Below, one piece after another: positions 25,947 through 36,300 of a stretch of 64,000 bases of DNA (its first letter is position 1; every line of letters begins with the position of its first letter). This stretch comes from a virus (taxonomy: Duplodnaviria; Caudoviricetes). The position numbers and the translations under genes were made by a program. The notes under the pieces were generated by a model. That model saw only the letters and a list, made by a program, of their open reading frames with translations, was not told the DNA's origin and ran no database searches. The stretch covers positions 74,311-138,310 of the IMG/VR virus record IMGVR_UViG_3300013121_000039. The stretch is one strand, 5' to 3'.

Positions 25947-26630
25947 TCAGTGACGGATTTCCCACTCCACCTGGAACTCCAGGGCGTTCGTCTTCTCGAC
26001 CGGCTCGGTGAGAGCCTTGTACGCCGCCGGAGCCTGTTGGAGAGCGTCGACCAGGTTCGTCTTGCGGCCGCCCTGCGCCTCGGTACCGGCGAAGAAGCCG
26101 TCGTCCGGGTTGCCGTCGGTGAAGAGCCCGAGCTCCGAGATCTGGATGGATGTCGTGAGGCCGAAGGTGAGCTCGTCCTCGGTGAAGACCCGCACGTACC
26201 GGACGGTGGTCCGCGTGGGCGAGAGCGGGAAGTCGGTCGCCGAGTGCGCGAGAGGGGCGAGGAACTCGCCCGCCACGTACGGCGCAGGCGTCACCAGGTT
26301 GGTGACGCCTGGATCCTCGGTCTGGTACCCAGTGCCGACTCCGAGGTAGGCCACCCGGTCGTTGCGGTAGGGAGTCGAGCCGCCGGGCTTGTACGTCTTC
26401 AGCATGGCGTCGAACTCGCGCCCGGTGTTGGTCCAGACGTTGTGCCCCTCGCGCCTGGAGCCGGGCACGATCTTGCCCCGCTCGCGCATCAGAGTGCGGA
26501 CCCAGCCACGCACCTCGACCACGCTGGGCTCGCCATCCCAGGCCCGCCCAGCGATGGCACGGCCCAGTCGGTTCCGGACTCGAAGCAGTCCTGCGTCCGA
26601 GACGCGGATGAGCTCGTTGAAGAAGGGCAT
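25947..26630 (-). CDS. Tail-fibre attachment/baseplate protein
   Basis: HNVWTNTGR...GVGTG...ISELGLF...VEWEI. Confidence 0.65.
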   Translation of the reverse strand: MPFFNELIRVSDAGLLRVRNRLGRAIAGRAWDGEPSVVEVRGWVRTLMRERGKIVPGSRREGHNVWTNTGREFDAMLKTYKPGGSTPYRNDRVAYLGVGTGYQTEDPGVTNLVTPAPYVAGEFLAPLAHSATDFPLSPTRTTVRYVRVFTEDELTFGLTTSIQISELGLFTDGNPDDGFFAGTEAQGGRKTNLVDALQQAPAAYKALTEPVEKTNALEFQVEWEIRH

Positions 26631-26631
26631 C

Positions 26632-29600
26632 TCAGACTCCCACAGGGGTCAGCGTGAAGGTGACGCGGTCGGTGATGGTACGGAGGGACTGGTCGAAGAG
26701 GAAAGGAGTTTCTCCGGCCCCGGTCTTCAGGAGCCGCACCTCGTAGGTGCCGAGCGGCGGGGCCGGGGTGAGCTTGAGCGGCGAGACGGTCTCGACGACG
26801 CTCGTCAGCAGGTCATCCTGCTGCACCTGGAGCTCATCCCCTGGGTCGAGAAGTCCGAGCAGGTCGTCCGGCAGGGTCGGGGAATCGGTCCCGTCGGCCG
26901 TGATCGTGTAGAGCTCGTTGGTGAAGGTCCCGGGCCGGTAGATGGCGAAGGTGGTCGGGGCCCCAGACAGGATAGGCGTGATCTGCACCTTGTCCCACAC
27001 CACGCCTGTCTTCTTGATGGCGATGACCGTGTAGGCCTGGCCACCCGCCACGAACCGATCCCCTGGGGCCACCATCCCGGCCCGGAGGCCTCCATCCACG
27101 GTGACCTCCGAGTAGTCGTAGGACGCCCCATTGTCCGGATCGACGAAGTTGAGGTCCGTGTGGTTGAGGATGTCTCCAGCGATCCGCAGGCTGCGGATGG
27201 CCCTCATGATGACGAAACGCTGCCCGGCGCTCTCGCTGAGCTGAGGCCCGTCGATGGTGAGCGTCGAGTCCGTCACCGTGAGGATCGGGTAGACCCCCTC
27301 CGTGGGACCGTTGACCACGAAGAGGAAGTCCCCAGGACTCACCAGAGGGGCCTCGAAGCTCTCACCGGTCCTGGGATTCACCAGACCTCCAGACGCGAGA
27401 GAAATGGCTCCCGTGTTGTCGATGGCCAGGTCCGACCCGCCGCGGAGGAAGTAGTACGGATCCTCGTCCCACCGCATGGGGGCGAGGCCGGAGAGGGTGC
27501 GGAGGTCGAAGATGGGAGCCGTCGGGAAGTTGAGGCCGGCCATGTCCACCAGCACCGGCGCGGTACCGACGGGGCTTCTCAGGTTGAGGCTGAGCTTGTC
27601 GTCGACGGTGACGTTGTCCTGGACCTCGGAGGTGTTCGAGATCACCAGGGCCACGTAGGACGGCGTGATGCGGCGCAGGAAGGAGGAGACGAGCCCGATC
27701 TCGCTGGGCTGGAAGACCGTGTCGTTGATGCGGATGCGCGCCGAGTGGGTGCTCTGGAGACGCTGCACCGCGGTCATGAGCGCCGCCGAAGACGTCTTGG
27801 AGTCCTCGACCGCAACGCCCTTGGACAGCGAGGCGAACGCTTCCACCACGTCCCCCACCTCGTACGGCTTCTGGGTGGCCGGGTTGACGTCGACGCCAGA
27901 GAGCTCCGACGCCAAGTCCACAGGGAAGGTGTAGACGCGGAAGACCCCAGTCGCGGCATCGGTGGTGTCGAGATCCTCGACCAGGATTCGCCCCATGGCC
28001 GGGTTGCCGTAGGCGTCCTTCCGGTAGGCCGTGTCGATGGACCGGATGATCCCCCGCCGCTCCGTGAAAGGAAGACCGAGCAGCAGAGAGGCGCCGAGGC
28101 GAACCTTGTCGACGGCCGGGCCATTCACGTAGGCGTACATGAGCCCGGCCACCGCCTGACGGTAGGAAGCCTGAGACGTCACCTTCTCCAGGTCTTGGCG
28201 GGTGAGCCCGACCAAGACCCCGAAGTTGCGCTCGATGTTCTCGGAGTTGTCGTAGAACGTGACCTCTCCCCACAGCCGTGCCGGCGCCGGGGACTTGGCC
28301 GAGAAGAGGCCTGGCACGAACCTGATGAAGTGGCCCGCCCGGCGGCGCTTCAGCGTCACCGTCCCCGTGACGAAGACGGACAGCGGGTGGGCCGAGATCT
28401 CCGAAGAGAGGAGCAGCTTGCTTCGAGAGAGGACTCTCATCACCTCGAAGGAGCCTGCCACCGGAAGAGGGCTGGCAATCTCCAGAGTGTCGCCGGGACG
28501 GATGCCCAAGTCGACGAAGTCGCCGCCCTCCACCTCGAAGACGTTGGTGCCCGTGCGGAAGGTGATGTCCCCGGAGAGCACGGATTGGCCGTCGACGACG
28601 TAGTGCTTCTGCTCCAGGGCGATGACGGGTGGCCGCGCGAGGAGGAAACGCTTCTCCCCCTTCACCAGGTAGGTCTTCCCACCATCCTCGACGGTCTCCG
28701 GCTGCACGATGAAGTCCTGGAGGGCCGGGATGGACCGCACAGTCTCGTCGACCGGGATCAGCCGGTTGCGCAGGATGTACTTCGGCTCGATCGTGAAAGT
28801 CCCCAGGGGGAGCTCGAACGACGCGGGAGTCGGAAGCTCCATCCCCCAGTACTTGCGCTGGAAGTAGATGGACTTCACGTAGGTGAGCAGGGTGGCCGCA
28901 TCCCCGGAGGCTGAGAACGAGCCATCCGGCAGGACCGTGCCAGCCTTCAGGGCGAGCCCCTCCACCACCCGCATCAAGATGGGTACCGAGACCTCCGGAA
29001 CGTCCCCATCCGTCACGACCTCATCCGTGAAGACGAAGCCGAGTCGGGTGCGATCGACTCCGACCACCTGGCACGGGACGTCAACCGAGACGTTCCCGAA
29101 GGTGATGGTGGAGACGAGCACGTCTCCCGTGGACACCCCAAGGTCCTCGAAGTCCTGGTCCGCAGAGACCAGCGTGTGGGGTGTGCGCCAGGCCAGGCTC
29201 TTGAGCCCAGGGACCAACACCTGCTGGTCGATGGAGACCGCCACCAGCGGCACACGCTGGTTCTCGTCCACTGCCGTGCGGGTCACGGTGTACGCCTGCC
29301 CGTTCACCACGATGAGGCGACCAGCCGTCAGGTCCGCCACGTCAGCAGATTCTGCCAGCGGGATGGAGATCGAATCGGAGAGGGTGGTCTCGGTCGAAGG
29401 GATGGAGAACCCGACCGGGCGGTAGATGGTCACCTGGGAGGACTCGCCGACCAAGCTGGACCCAGCCGGCTTCTTGTCCACCACGATGTACCCGCCGCTC
29501 CGGTCGACGATGCGGTACAGGCCGACGTTGATGCCGGACTTGATGATGGCCACGTCCCCGACCCGCACCTCCTCCAGGCCGGCAGCCTCCTCCGTGATGT

Positions 29601-30582
29601 AGTAGTCGAAGCCGAGGATCTCCGACATCACGAAGTCGTACCGCTTGGTGCCGCCCAGGGACCAAGTCGTGGAGCCGAAGTCGAACTGGATCTCGACGTC
29701 GCGCACGATGACGTCGCTGTTCTCGCCGGCCGTGTTGGACGGGTTCTTCGGCAGGTCGGTCGAGAGTCGGAAGCCTCCATGCTTGGCGGTGGTCCCCGCG
29801 ATGACGTAGCTCCCGACGTTCTCCGCATTGCGGGAGTAGAGGATGTCGATCTGGCGGCCAGCCAGATCGAGCCGCACGGTGCCTTGGAGGGCCACGAGCT
29901 CGTTGCGGTCCAGGATGACCGCCAGGCCGGTCTCGCCAGCAGCCCCTGTTGCCGCAGAGGTACCAGCTCGGTGGCTACCGAGGAAGATCGAAGAGCCTTC
30001 CGAGAGCGCCAGCTTCGGCTCGTACTTCATCCAGCGACGCTGGAAGAGGTCTTGGACGTCTCGAATGCTCTTGTTGAAGTCGATCTGGTAGAGCTTCAGG
30101 AGCTCTCCGCCGGCGATCTGGATGAGGGCGCTCCAGAGCGTCTCGAAGAACTCCCGGTCGTCGACCTGAGTCCAGACGTCCCGCAGGTAGCTCCAGATGA
30201 ACTTCCCATCGGGGACGAGACCACGGCCGTGTGGCACGGCGATGGAGCGGACGTCGATGGTGACCACCGACAAGGCGCTGTCGAAAACGCCGTTCGAGAC
30301 GACCAGGCCAATGACGTACTGGCCGACGACGTCCGGAGAGAATGACGTGAGGGCCCCGATGTCGTCGAGCGTCTTGAAGCCGTCAGCCGCAGCCTTCGAG
30401 CCGATGGGGAGAGACACGAAGGAGAAGTGGTAGGTGAGCACCCCACCGTCGGGGTCCGAAGAGAGCCGACCGTCGAGGGAGATGACCGACCCGAGGACCG
30501 CGAACTCCGAAGACACCACCAGGGACGCGACTGGGACCTTCTTCTCCGCGACGACGGCCGTGCTGATGAGGAAGGCGGTCAT
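26632..30582 (-). CDS. Large baseplate wedge protein with N-terminal PKD/Ig domain
   Basis: LDGRLSSDPDG...PDVVGQY PKD signature. Confidence 0.65.
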   Translation of the reverse strand: MTAFLISTAVVAEKKVPVASLVVSSEFAVLGSVISLDGRLSSDPDGGVLTYHFSFVSLPIGSKAAADGFKTLDDIGALTSFSPDVVGQYVIGLVVSNGVFDSALSVVTIDVRSIAVPHGRGLVPDGKFIWSYLRDVWTQVDDREFFETLWSALIQIAGGELLKLYQIDFNKSIRDVQDLFQRRWMKYEPKLALSEGSSIFLGSHRAGTSAATGAAGETGLAVILDRNELVALQGTVRLDLAGRQIDILYSRNAENVGSYVIAGTTAKHGGFRLSTDLPKNPSNTAGENSDVIVRDVEIQFDFGSTTWSLGGTKRYDFVMSEILGFDYYITEEAAGLEEVRVGDVAIIKSGINVGLYRIVDRSGGYIVVDKKPAGSSLVGESSQVTIYRPVGFSIPSTETTLSDSISIPLAESADVADLTAGRLIVVNGQAYTVTRTAVDENQRVPLVAVSIDQQVLVPGLKSLAWRTPHTLVSADQDFEDLGVSTGDVLVSTITFGNVSVDVPCQVVGVDRTRLGFVFTDEVVTDGDVPEVSVPILMRVVEGLALKAGTVLPDGSFSASGDAATLLTYVKSIYFQRKYWGMELPTPASFELPLGTFTIEPKYILRNRLIPVDETVRSIPALQDFIVQPETVEDGGKTYLVKGEKRFLLARPPVIALEQKHYVVDGQSVLSGDITFRTGTNVFEVEGGDFVDLGIRPGDTLEIASPLPVAGSFEVMRVLSRSKLLLSSEISAHPLSVFVTGTVTLKRRRAGHFIRFVPGLFSAKSPAPARLWGEVTFYDNSENIERNFGVLVGLTRQDLEKVTSQASYRQAVAGLMYAYVNGPAVDKVRLGASLLLGLPFTERRGIIRSIDTAYRKDAYGNPAMGRILVEDLDTTDAATGVFRVYTFPVDLASELSGVDVNPATQKPYEVGDVVEAFASLSKGVAVEDSKTSSAALMTAVQRLQSTHSARIRINDTVFQPSEIGLVSSFLRRITPSYVALVISNTSEVQDNVTVDDKLSLNLRSPVGTAPVLVDMAGLNFPTAPIFDLRTLSGLAPMRWDEDPYYFLRGGSDLAIDNTGAISLASGGLVNPRTGESFEAPLVSPGDFLFVVNGPTEGVYPILTVTDSTLTIDGPQLSESAGQRFVIMRAIRSLRIAGDILNHTDLNFVDPDNGASYDYSEVTVDGGLRAGMVAPGDRFVAGGQAYTVIAIKKTGVVWDKVQITPILSGAPTTFAIYRPGTFTNELYTITADGTDSPTLPDDLLGLLDPGDELQVQQDDLLTSVVETVSPLKLTPAPPLGTYEVRLLKTGAGETPFLFDQSLRTITDRVTFTLTPVGV

Positions 30583-30585
30583 CGT

Positions 30586-32949
30586 CTACACCCCACCGTA
30601 CTCGATCTCATCGACGTCGACATACAGGTCCGCCCGGCCGCCGAGAAGGGTCTCCACATCTTGGAGCTGCTGGGTGAGCTCGATCTCGTAGCCGGATGAG
30701 ACGCCCCACCGGAGGTGGGCCCACTTCGACGTGCCGGCGAACTCCTTCTCGAAAGAGCCGAAGGCGATGGAGGGGAGTCGTTGGTCCACATCCTGCTCTG
30801 GGGTGAAGTCTGCCCAGGGGATGGAGATGAGCGGGTCGGTCTTGAGCAGCCCGGGACCGTAGACCTCGATCTTGTAGTACGGCTGGTAGACGATGCGGTA
30901 GCTGCCCATGGCAAGCCAGTCGCAGTCGGCGGAGTGGCGCCGGCCCAGGGGCGTCTGGTTGATGATGTCCGCCACCGACCCGGCCCCAGGCACGATGGCG
31001 ATCTTCCGCCCGTGCAGACCGCAGTCGAAGAAGCCGACCGTGAGCTTGAAGAAGTCGTTGAGGGGCGACTCCTCCTGCCCGAAGTAGATCGTGACCCCAC
31101 AGCCCGTCCACTGCGACGCCTGGCCGGAGGTGCCGTCCACGTCCGTGTAGGAGACGACCTGGGCCCGGAAGTCCACCTGAGCCCCGCGCAGCAGCGTGAA
31201 GCGGTCCTCCTTGACGAAGAAAGCGTACTTGTCGGCCCCGGTCCCGAAGTCCTCCTTCGAGATGGTCGCCACCTCCGAAAAGGAGAAGCCGTTGGAGCCC
31301 GTCGCCTCGAAGGTGAAGCCGACCGACTCCGGGTCCACCGCGTCCAGAGACTCCCATGCCGAGTAGCGGTTGAGGTACGAGATGGCGGCGACGTCCACCT
31401 CGCCGTCAGCCACCACCGCACCGACGTGCCCCACCTCGAAGCGCCCGCCGGCGTTCCTGGCCGGGACGGTGACCTGGGAGAGGGGGATGCTGAGGAGTGG
31501 AGTGTCCATGTCCTCGACGAAGACCCTCAGCTTGTCGTTCTGGCGATCCCCAGTCAGACGCACCAGCCGGAGTCCGCGGTACTCCGACTCGACCACGACG
31601 CCCGCGTTCTGGGGGTATGCGTAGGCCCCGATTTCCCCCACGGCCCCCGGATCCAACAGCAGCCCCCAGGTACGCTGAAGCTGCGTGTCCAGGGCCGTGA
31701 GGACGAAGGCCGAGGTGCCGTCCTGCACCATCAACCCCACGCCGGTGTCGACCGAAGTCAGCCCGGTCACGTTGCCAGACATCCAGGCCTCCAGCGAGAA
31801 GCCTGAGGCGGCGGACTCCAGACACGGCTCGGAGCGGAAGATGGTGGAGGAGGCGAGACCGACGTTGGCTGGCTTCGCCAGCACGGAGTAGAGGGGGGTG
31901 AGGCGCCTGCCGGGCTGGAACCACGAGCTGACCGCCGGAGGGGCGGTCCCTCCAACCCTCCACATCCCGAGTGACTTGGCGGTCGGAAGGATGCGGTCGG
32001 AGGCACGGAACACCACCGGCAGATCGGGCCGCCGGCGCAGCCCGTGCCCGAGCCCGACCTCTCCGGACTTGATGCCCCAGTTGGCCTGCCTGTAGAGGGC
32101 GTAGTTCGTGATCTCGACGACGTCGCCGACCCCACCACCGTTGCCGAAGTAGAGCGTCAAGGCGTGTGAAGGCCCGCTGCGGCGCTGCGGGAACGCGCTG
32201 GTGTCAGGCTCGAACGGGCCGAGCTGCCCGAGGAGGAAGGAATCGACGAGCATCGGGGCATCGTGGGCCGGGCCCATGAGCCACAGATTCATGGACTGCG
32301 TCGCAGTCTCCACGTCGAAGTAGAGCGTGCACTCGCTGCCGTCCGCCCACGAGAGCCAGTCGATGTCGTACTCGGCCTGGAGCGGCCGAGCGGAGCTGAA
32401 GGCGTGCAGCGGGCCCCCCACCACCAGTGTCCCGTTCCCGCTAGCCCGCAGTGCGACGAAGAGGCCGGTGTTGCGGATGCCGTACTCGAAGCCTGCGTAG
32501 AGCGGGGCGATGTCCGAAAGGTTGTTCCAGTACCGAAGACCGGTCGTCCACGCCTGCGAGACCTTGAAGGAGACGGAGGCGAGAACGTCGCTGTAGGTCT
32601 TCGTCTCGGTGGAGATCTCGTAGAGGCCCTGGTCGACGCCCCCTGACCCTTCCCCGATGAGCAGGGAGGTGCCAGCGGCGGTGACCTCCGGTACGGCGGC
32701 AATAGGCCGGCGGCGCTCCGGGGTCTCCCTGGCCACCGTTGCGTAGCGCAGCAGATCCGTGTGGGCTTCTGGGAAGACGGCGACCCCGTTCACGCTCTTG
32801 TGGACGAGGTTCGAGACCGCCAGACGGGCCTTCAGGGAGGCCAAACGGACGAACTGCGTCTCCGACTTCACGCTCAACGCGACGGGGGTCCCCGGGAGGA
32901 AAGACTCGACGAAGTCGCCGGGTGCGGTATTGACAAGTCGCAGAGCCAA
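30586..32949 (-). CDS. Virion structural protein, beta-rich
   Basis: 787-aa ORF in tail module. Confidence 0.6.
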   Translation of the reverse strand: MALRLVNTAPGDFVESFLPGTPVALSVKSETQFVRLASLKARLAVSNLVHKSVNGVAVFPEAHTDLLRYATVARETPERRRPIAAVPEVTAAGTSLLIGEGSGGVDQGLYEISTETKTYSDVLASVSFKVSQAWTTGLRYWNNLSDIAPLYAGFEYGIRNTGLFVALRASGNGTLVVGGPLHAFSSARPLQAEYDIDWLSWADGSECTLYFDVETATQSMNLWLMGPAHDAPMLVDSFLLGQLGPFEPDTSAFPQRRSGPSHALTLYFGNGGGVGDVVEITNYALYRQANWGIKSGEVGLGHGLRRRPDLPVVFRASDRILPTAKSLGMWRVGGTAPPAVSSWFQPGRRLTPLYSVLAKPANVGLASSTIFRSEPCLESAASGFSLEAWMSGNVTGLTSVDTGVGLMVQDGTSAFVLTALDTQLQRTWGLLLDPGAVGEIGAYAYPQNAGVVVESEYRGLRLVRLTGDRQNDKLRVFVEDMDTPLLSIPLSQVTVPARNAGGRFEVGHVGAVVADGEVDVAAISYLNRYSAWESLDAVDPESVGFTFEATGSNGFSFSEVATISKEDFGTGADKYAFFVKEDRFTLLRGAQVDFRAQVVSYTDVDGTSGQASQWTGCGVTIYFGQEESPLNDFFKLTVGFFDCGLHGRKIAIVPGAGSVADIINQTPLGRRHSADCDWLAMGSYRIVYQPYYKIEVYGPGLLKTDPLISIPWADFTPEQDVDQRLPSIAFGSFEKEFAGTSKWAHLRWGVSSGYEIELTQQLQDVETLLGGRADLYVDVDEIEYGGV

Positions 32950-32994
32950 GAGGTTTCCTCAGGGATTACGTTCCGGCGATTATACGGAAGGGGT

Positions 32995-33309
32995 ATGTAC
33001 GTGCCCAGCTTCAACACGATGGACCCGGAGAGAATTCGGGAGCTTCTGGAGGCCAAGACCGAAGACGGGCAGAAGCTCTACCCGGATGTCTTGACCCCTC
33101 TCGCCCGCCAAGAGACAGCCCTCTTCCAGAGGACTCCCTGCCCGAAGTGCGGTTCCTCCTCAACCGCGGCTACGCTGAACACCCACCGTCCCTTCGCCCC
33201 AACCTCACCGCTGCCCAACATGATCGCCAGGTGCGTGGTGTGTCAGACGGAGTTCGACCCGAAGACAGGGATCATCACCCTGGCCACGCTCATCGACGGG
33301 TCAGCTTGA
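32995..33309 (+). CDS. Zinc-ribbon protein, antisense to tail module
   Basis: CPKCG...CVVCQ; fills intergenic gap. Confidence 0.65.
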   Translation: MYVPSFNTMDPERIRELLEAKTEDGQKLYPDVLTPLARQETALFQRTPCPKCGSSSTAATLNTHRPFAPTSPLPNMIARCVVCQTEFDPKTGIITLATLIDGSA

Positions 33310-36300
33310 TCTGCTCTCCGGAGACCGACGACGTGCCTGAGGCGTCGGCCCCTGGGATGAAGTAGATGAGACGCGGCGAGCCGCTGTACCCCACCTTCGG
33401 GTTGCTGGAAGCGGACCCACCCACCTCGTCTTCCGAGAACTCCACCCAGACACGCCTGTTCCAGTCGTAGAGGGTGACGGCCACCTTGGTCGGCGTGTCG
33501 GGGTTGCCACCGTTCTGGTCGATGAGCTTCTCGATCTCGGAGACGTCGACAGGCGTCTCGATGGAGAGCTGGTCGATGTAGCTGCGGATGGCCTTGACGA
33601 TGACCGCCGGATCTCGCCCACCGACGTAGGACGCGGTGTAGGAGACGTAGGCCGGAAGGAAGTGGCGGGCGAGCAGGTCGGCCGCCAACGTGCGGTCCGT
33701 GGGCGAGTCGATGAAGTTCTGGACGAGCCTCACGAGGTCCGCGCGCTCGTAGGAGATCTGGATTGGGGCCCCCACGAGACGGATGTACGCGTCCGGGGAG
33801 TCCGGACTGCCGAGAGGGAGCAGCACGACCGGCAGGTCGAGGAAGCCGGTCTCGCGGGTCGAGTAGCTGAGGGTCGTGTCCTCCACGGCGTGCCGGTAGC
33901 CGAGGGACGAGAATGTGCCGGGCTCCAGCGCGAGGTAGGAGTCCTTCGCGATGTTGGCGAGGTCGGATGGGGACAGCGAGACCACCTCGGTGTCGAAGTA
34001 GTAGAGCGCCCCGTCGACCTTCTTCGACATCTCGGTGGTCGTGATGCGCCTCTCGTTGTCCTTGAGGATCCGGTACGGCTGCCCCACACCGTCTCGGACC
34101 TGCGCAGCCGTCGTGCCGCCAGAGACCACCGAGTCGTTGGCGACGGCGGAGAAGGCGTAGTCGGACCGCTCAGACTCGTAGATGCGGAAGGGGACGAGGC
34201 CGACCATGTCCCTTCCACCGTAGTCGACCCCGTCCCAGAGCTGGGACGTGGGGGCGGGCAGGTCAGTTGCCGGGATGATCACCCAGCGAGTCACCCCAGC
34301 CCCGCTGGGGAATGCCGGCATGACGCTCTGGTCGGTCAGCACCACGTAGTCGCCGTGACCAGTGATGTCCTTGTTGAGCACCTCCTCGATGAGGAAGGTG
34401 CCCATGGCGCGGTAGTCGATGCCGAAGAGGCAGATGTACGCGCCGACATCCGAGTCCGTGAACGGCTTGGTGGCGCCAGAGAAGACCACGAACTTGGGGT
34501 CGCCGAAGTCGGTGGACAGCCCGTAGCTCGCGCCAGATCCAGACTTCGTGACCACTGGGGACGACGCGGAGAGGACCCTATCCACCGTCACCGTGTAGGC
34601 GTCGACGTAAGAGGTGATGCGGTAGCCGCCAGCGTCGTCTCCCGCATCGAGGCAGAGGAGGTTGCCCACCATAGCCGGGGTGAAGGGGCCGCCAGTGGAC
34701 TCCGGGGCGACGAGCTTCGAGCTCCCAGCCTCGGTGGAGATGATGGCCTGGCCCCACTTGTCGCCGTAGAGGAAGACCTCTTCGTGGACCGAAAGCGTGT
34801 CCCCCACGACGACCCCGGCCGTGAAGATCGGCAGCTTGGAGTCGTCCGAGAAGGCGACGGTGTTGGCCCCACCGACGACCAGGTCGCGCGGGAACTCCTT
34901 GGGATCGGTCTCGTCCCCCGTCGTAGCGGGCACGACCTGACGGGAGGAGTACCGCACCGGGTCGGGACGGTACTGGATGGCCTCGCCGGCATCCGTCGTG
35001 AAGCGGAAGAGCGTGGGCTGGGCAGCATCGGCGGTCTTCTGGGTGAAGACGGTCGGCTCCTTGAAGTAGCTGCGCAGGACGCCACGTGCCGGCAGCCCCC
35101 ACTCGTACCGGCACTGCACCATGTTGTTGAGGGCGGCCTCCACCTCGGAGACATCCAACGCCGCGGCACCGGCGTTGGAGATGGCGGTGGCCAGCTTCGA
35201 GCTGAGCGTGCTGTACCAGGTCGAGAAGAAGTCCGGGAACTGGAGAGGGAAAGAGAGGCTCTCCAGCCCTGTCGGCACGGCGTGGGCCGAGCAGAAGTCG
35301 AGGATGAGCTTCAGCGGGTCGACCGGGAACTCCCCGTAGATCTGGATGAAGTAGACGTAGGCATCGGTCGAACCGTCGACCTGGTAGCGGAACTTGTGGA
35401 CGGCGCGGATGAGGTAGTCGCCCTTGTTCGGCCCGTTCTTGATGGAGAGGCACTCCCCAGGATTCGGCTCGATGGGTGGCGTATTCACCGCATCCGAGAA
35501 GACCTCGGTGGTGGCCACGAAGAAGCTGGTCTTGCCCTTGGTGTCGGAGCGGGTGTCGAGCTCCCCGTAGGTGCCTGCTCCGAAGAGCATAGGCAGGTAG
35601 ACCCCATCGGCCCGATCGTAGCCGTTGGAGTACCGGCCACCGCCTGGCGAGGCGATGTTGGAGTAGGGATCGATGAGCCCAGCCAGGTCCGGCAGGACGA
35701 ACCCGGAGGCCGTCTGGCTCCCACCCAGCACCTTCGCCGAGGTCATCGGCCCGGTCGGCACCACTGCCACGGGGTCCGCCGGCGGGATCGACAGCCCGGT
35801 GGACTGTTGGGTGGAGTCGAGGAGCAGGATCTCCCGCACACGGACCAGCGGCCGCTCCACCGGCTCCTGGAAGTAGAAGACCTCGAAGGCGAGGTCGTAG
35901 CTGGTGGCGGAGAGCTTCTTGTTCAGGATGGCGCCCTGCCCGCCGAGCGTCGGGTCGAACGCCGTGATGGTGTAGTCCCCCGCATCCGGACCGGAGAGAA
36001 TGCGGAGGGTATCCCCCACCTTCGCCCCGTACTGGAGCAGGTCGGTGTTCGCGAGCGTGACGAGCTCGGAGCCGATGGTCGACTGGAGCACCTTCTGCTC
36101 CACGTTGCCGAACGGGAAGCGGACGGTGCGCGGCTCGAAGGGGTTGATGCGGATGTTCTTCAGGATGCGGTAGCGGACGTTGAGCTTCGAAGCCGTGAGG
36201 CTCTGCGCGAGACGCACCGTGCTGCCGGCGATCTCGCAGATGACGTAGGAGCCGGCGTCCGGCCCCTCCTCGATGAAGATGAGGTCTCCGACCTCCACTC

